Source of the DNA: Pseudomonadota bacterium
Lineage (GTDB): Bacteria; Desulfobacterota; Desulfobulbia; Desulfobulbales; Desulfocapsaceae
DNA: 64,000 nucleotides
Reading direction: 5' to 3'
Assembly: GCA_018820855.1 (NCBI GenBank)
Contig: JAHJNL010000044.1
Coordinates: 14,808-78,807 of the forward strand
Below the pieces are notes generated by a model, which did no database searches, was not told where the DNA came from, and saw only the letters and a list, made by a program, of their open reading frames with translations. A program made the position numbers and the translations under genes. Every line of letters begins with the position of its first letter. Positions within the stretch are counted from its first letter, which is position 1. This document shows, piece by piece, positions 60,896 through 64,000 of this stretch.

Positions 60896-61198
60896 ATGTC
60901 CTTTCTCGCTACCCAGAAAGACGGCAGGGTTCTTCTGCATCTGTATGTACTGCCGAGGTCTTCCCGCAATGGCTTGAGGGGGATTCATGAGAATTCCGTA
61001 AAACTGGCAATTACCGCTCCACCCGTCGATGGCAAGGCCAATGCTGCCGTGATCTCTTTTCTTACGTCTTTCCTGGGACTAAAAAAAAAGGATATAGAGA
61101 TTAAGTATGGCCTCCATTCCAGGAACAAGGGCGTCTTGATCGATGTTATGGATGGTGAAGAGATCAGGACACGGATTCTTTCTGCGCTTTCTATCTGA
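60896..61198 (+). CDS. DUF167/YggU family protein
   Basis: 100 aa with LHLYVLPRSSRNGLRGIHENSVKLAITAPPVDGKANAAVISFL, typical of UPF0235. Confidence 0.85.
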   Translation: MSFLATQKDGRVLLHLYVLPRSSRNGLRGIHENSVKLAITAPPVDGKANAAVISFLTSFLGLKKKDIEIKYGLHSRNKGVLIDVMDGEEIRTRILSALSI

Positions 61199-61230
61199 AC
61201 TCTAATCACAGGAGTTTGAAGGAGATGTGT

Positions 61231-61950
61231 ATGACAAAATATGTTGTTGGTAACTGGAAGTGTAACAAGGGACAGGAAGCGGCACAGGAATGGTTTTCAG
61301 AGTTTGCCGGGCTTTACAGTCCGATAGAGGGGCTGGAGGTTATTGTGGCCCCTTCTCTTATCTGTCTTCTGCCTCTGTCTCAGTATGTCCAGGCCCTTCA
61401 GCTGAAAAATGTCTCCTTGGCAGCTCAGGACGTGTCTCCCTTTCCCAAAGGCTCTTATACAGGAGCTGTGGCAGCCGATATGCTCAAGGGCTTGGTGGAC
61501 TATGTCATTATCGGGCATTCCGAACGAAGAAGGTATTTTCATGAGACATCGCAGGACACTGCCAATAAGATGGCAGAGGCTGTAGACGCAGGGTTGAAGC
61601 CCATTGTCTGTATTGATCAGCCATACGCCATGTCTCAGCTGACAGCTTTAAACGATATTGACTGTGATGAAATGATCATTGCCTATGGCCCGGTGGAGGC
61701 AACTTCAGCCCGGGTTCCTGAATCTCCGCAACGAGTTGCCGAAACTGCCAAGTTTATCAGTCAGGTCCACTCCAAAAGACCTGTTATCTACGGCGGCTCT
61801 CTCTTTCCTGACAATGTGGGAGACTATGTAAGTCTGCCCCAGCTTTCAGGGCTTTTTGTCGGTGAGTCCAGTCTGGATCCTAAATCCTTTGTGGACATCT
61901 GCAACAGGGTGGGCGATTCCATTAAGCACGAGACCGGTAACACGCCTTAG
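61231..61950 (+). CDS. Triosephosphate isomerase-like protein with divergent catalytic loop 6
   Basis: VVGNWKCN, IIGHSERR and IYGGS are TIM signatures. The canonical AYEPVWAIGTG reads AYGPVEATSAR, and GGASL reads GESSL. The start is probably the ATG at 61231, after RBS GAAGGAG. Confidence 0.65.
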   Translation: MTKYVVGNWKCNKGQEAAQEWFSEFAGLYSPIEGLEVIVAPSLICLLPLSQYVQALQLKNVSLAAQDVSPFPKGSYTGAVAADMLKGLVDYVIIGHSERRRYFHETSQDTANKMAEAVDAGLKPIVCIDQPYAMSQLTALNDIDCDEMIIAYGPVEATSARVPESPQRVAETAKFISQVHSKRPVIYGGSLFPDNVGDYVSLPQLSGLFVGESSLDPKSFVDICNRVGDSIKHETGNTP

Positions 61951-62026
61951 GCGCAGTCTGTTTTTTGTTCCTTGGCGCTGAGCTGCCCTCAATTGACTGT
62001 GGAAAGGGGATAGTCTGCGGCAAATG

Positions 62027-62911
62027 TCAGGAGAGCATCTGCAAAATACCACCGTCTTTTTCAAGGCTGATCTGCAGTTTTTCCATCCACCCTTCAACCT
62101 GCTCTTCTTCAATGCTGAGATTATGCTGTTTCCAGAGGGCTTGTCCTTCGGGGAGCAGGGTGCAAACCCGAGAGAATAGGGTTGTGTTGGCAGAGAGCTC
62201 TTTTTCATGAAGCAGGATACTGAGGGTGTCGCTGAGCTGAACGATGAGGGCGTAGAGTGAGTGGGGTCCGTCATTCTGGGGATGATGATGAAAGCCTACC
62301 GAGTTGATGAGGCGTTCTGGAAAGAGCCAGCGCGTGAGGAGACGAAATCCAACCTGTTCGTGGCTGATCTCAAACGTTTTACTCTCCACTTGATGGCATT
62401 GATTTTGCTGCATACCGGTGAGCTCCAGGATGGGTAGGTACTCACCGGGCAAGGCCATTAAAATGACCAGTTTACCTATGTCGTGAATGAGGCCGGCAAT
62501 AAAGAGTTCGCTTGGTGAACAACCGAGATCTTCAGCAAGGATCTTGGCAGTAAGTGCGCAGGAAAATGAGTGGTTCCAAAAGTCCTGTACTATCTCTTTG
62601 CTTCCTGGGCCTATTTTTTGAAAAGAGTTGAACACAGCTTTTCCCAAAACGATATTGTGTACCTCGTTAAACCCCAGCACTGTGACGGCCTTGTCAATAG
62701 TCGCAACCTCTCTTGGCATTCCGAAGAAGGCAGAATTGGCAATTTTGAGGATGGTGGCGCACATGGACTGATCAGGAAGAATGGCCTCCATCAGATCATT
62801 GGCGGAACTTTCCGGGTCTGCGGTTACGGAAATGACCCTGGAAACGGTTGCTGGTAGGGATGGTAGAGAATCAACCTGGTTAAAGACCTGGGTGATATGC
62901 TGGTTTTGCAT
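62027..62911 (-). CDS. HDOD domain-containing signalling protein
   Basis: 294 aa with LPSLPATVSRVISVTADPESSANDLMEAILPDQSMCATILKIANSAFFG and GLIHDIGKL. Confidence 0.8.
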   Translation of the reverse strand: MQNQHITQVFNQVDSLPSLPATVSRVISVTADPESSANDLMEAILPDQSMCATILKIANSAFFGMPREVATIDKAVTVLGFNEVHNIVLGKAVFNSFQKIGPGSKEIVQDFWNHSFSCALTAKILAEDLGCSPSELFIAGLIHDIGKLVILMALPGEYLPILELTGMQQNQCHQVESKTFEISHEQVGFRLLTRWLFPERLINSVGFHHHPQNDGPHSLYALIVQLSDTLSILLHEKELSANTTLFSRVCTLLPEGQALWKQHNLSIEEEQVEGWMEKLQISLEKDGGILQMLS

Positions 62912-62918
62912 AGGTGTT

Positions 62919-64000
62919 TTATCCTAACTTGTTGAGGATCCTGTCTCTGGTTTCACTAAGGAGATGATCCTGTATGGACAGGAAGTCTTCCTGTTCAAGA
63001 ATATCGAGTAACAGTAGGACGAGCTGTGGATCCCACTGTTTGCCTGCACCCTCTTCAAGCTCTTGAAGAACTTGTTCAGAGCTCAGACGCGTTCGGTAGG
63101 GCTTGTCTGTAATCATGGCAGCGAGGGCATCGGCCAGATTGAATATCTTGGCTCCCACCGGGATTTCATCGCCGCTGAGTCCTTCCGGGTAGCCTTTACC
63201 ATTAAACCACTCGCGATGACAAAGAAGAATCCGACGTTCCTGAGAAAAATAGTCGAAGAGTTGAGTGAGTTCAACAAATTTATAAGGAAGGTCTTCGATT
63301 GTTTTCAGTTCATCAGGGGTCAGGCGACCCGCTTTGCTGATGAGGTCTTTGTGCAGCAGGAAGCGAAAACAGACGGAAAGAGTCAGTGAGTTTTTCAGGG
63401 TCTGCTGAATTGATTCGGAGAAATTGAGACGCTTGCTGAAAAGGTCGATGACATATTTCGCCCTGCGGATATGTTCTTTGTCGCTCTCACCGCCAAGGTT
63501 ACGCGCCAGTAATTCAATAGAGGCGAGAGAACTGTTTCGTGTCTTTTCCAGTATCCTGTTCAAGGTTTCCTGGAGGACAGTCAGGCTGTCCAGGTGTCCA
63601 GGATGCTCTTTCTTGAGGAAAACCTGGCACCTGTTTCTGCCATCGGCCTTGGCCTGGTACATGGCCATGTCGGCCATGTGGATCAGTTGGTCAGGAGTTT
63701 CAGGCATGGATTCCTGAAGGGAGGCAATACCGATGGAAATGGTTACGTACCTGCTGGTCTTTCCATTGTCAAATTTTTTTGTTTCACAGCTCTGCCTGAG
63801 TTTATCTGCAACCAGGCAGCTATAACTGATATCTGACTGGGGAAGAAGGACTATGAAATTACCACCTCCAAATCGAAAACAGAGGTCGTTCTCTCGAGTA
63901 TTGCTGGTAAGTCTGGCTGCCATTTCGTTAAGGACAAAATCACCATAAAGCTGGCCGGAGGTTTTGTTGATTTCGTTGAAATGATCAATGTCGAGGAGAA
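62919..64000 (-). CDS. Degenerate GGDEF / degenerate HD-GYP protein (5' end outside the window)
   Basis: The frame stays open upstream of the track's internal Met. My translation of 63924-64000 gives LLDIDHFNEINKTSGQLYGDFVLNE, a GGDEF-domain start. I-site REND is intact, but the A-site reads GGGNF. The HD-GYP part reads LLHKDL and CHREWFNGKGYPEGL. Confidence 0.8.
   Translation of the reverse strand, partial: LLDIDHFNEINKTSGQLYGDFVLNEMAARLTSNTRENDLCFRFGGGNFIVLLPQSDISYSCLVADKLRQSCETKKFDNGKTSRYVTISIGIASLQESMPETPDQLIHMADMAMYQAKADGRNRCQVFLKKEHPGHLDSLTVLQETLNRILEKTRNSSLASIELLARNLGGESDKEHIRRAKYVIDLFSKRLNFSESIQQTLKNSLTLSVCFRFLLHKDLISKAGRLTPDELKTIEDLPYKFVELTQLFDYFSQERRILLCHREWFNGKGYPEGLSGDEIPVGAKIFNLADALAAMITDKPYRTRLSSEQVLQELEEGAGKQWDPQLVLLLLDILEQEDFLSIQDHLLSETRDRILNKLG

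Overview
This 64-kb chromosomal window is mostly core housekeeping genes around dnaA (42800-44125). By gene content it looks like an anaerobic Desulfobacterota (Desulfobulbales-like) genome, but that is inference only. I saw no rRNA, tRNA, CRISPR array, transposase or integrase.

Recognisable core genes are prpE (partial), mfd, bamA, icd, dnaA, a hemY-family oxidase, htpG, pcm, surE, mtaD, ychF, a yhaM-like nuclease, holB, a PSP1/ricT gene, metG, yggT, divIVA, yggU and a TIM-like gene.

The left 27 kb is more accessory-like:
- A two-gene membrane module (4201-7799) has a subunit fused to an eight-haem c-type cytochrome. It lies divergent from an Rrf2 regulator and a DUF4492-cydA-cydB operon that ends in an unannotated 31-codon ORF.
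- An orphan 750-aa protein carries an uncharacterised N-terminal region and a classical AAA+ module (12181-14442).
- A triheme c7 cytochrome, a stand-alone Hpt protein and a di-haem peroxidase follow.
- A visibly AT-richer cluster (18615-21095) encodes an ECF sigma factor, an anti-sigma factor with an AMPK-beta-type carbohydrate-binding domain, a lipoprotein with the same domain, and a secreted protein ending in a Gly-Ser repeat.
- An operon (21387-27245) encodes a TonB-dependent receptor, a periplasmic binding protein and a hybrid histidine kinase.

Two GGDEF/HD-GYP + HDOD gene pairs sit at the two window ends. One has an unphosphorylatable receiver. The other has degenerate catalytic motifs but an intact I-site.

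The best candidates for something undescribed are the bd-like/multihaem module, the orphan AAA+ protein and the ECF/CBM48/Gly-Ser cluster. All functional calls rest on motif recognition by eye, with no database search. GC statements are visual impressions, not calculations.
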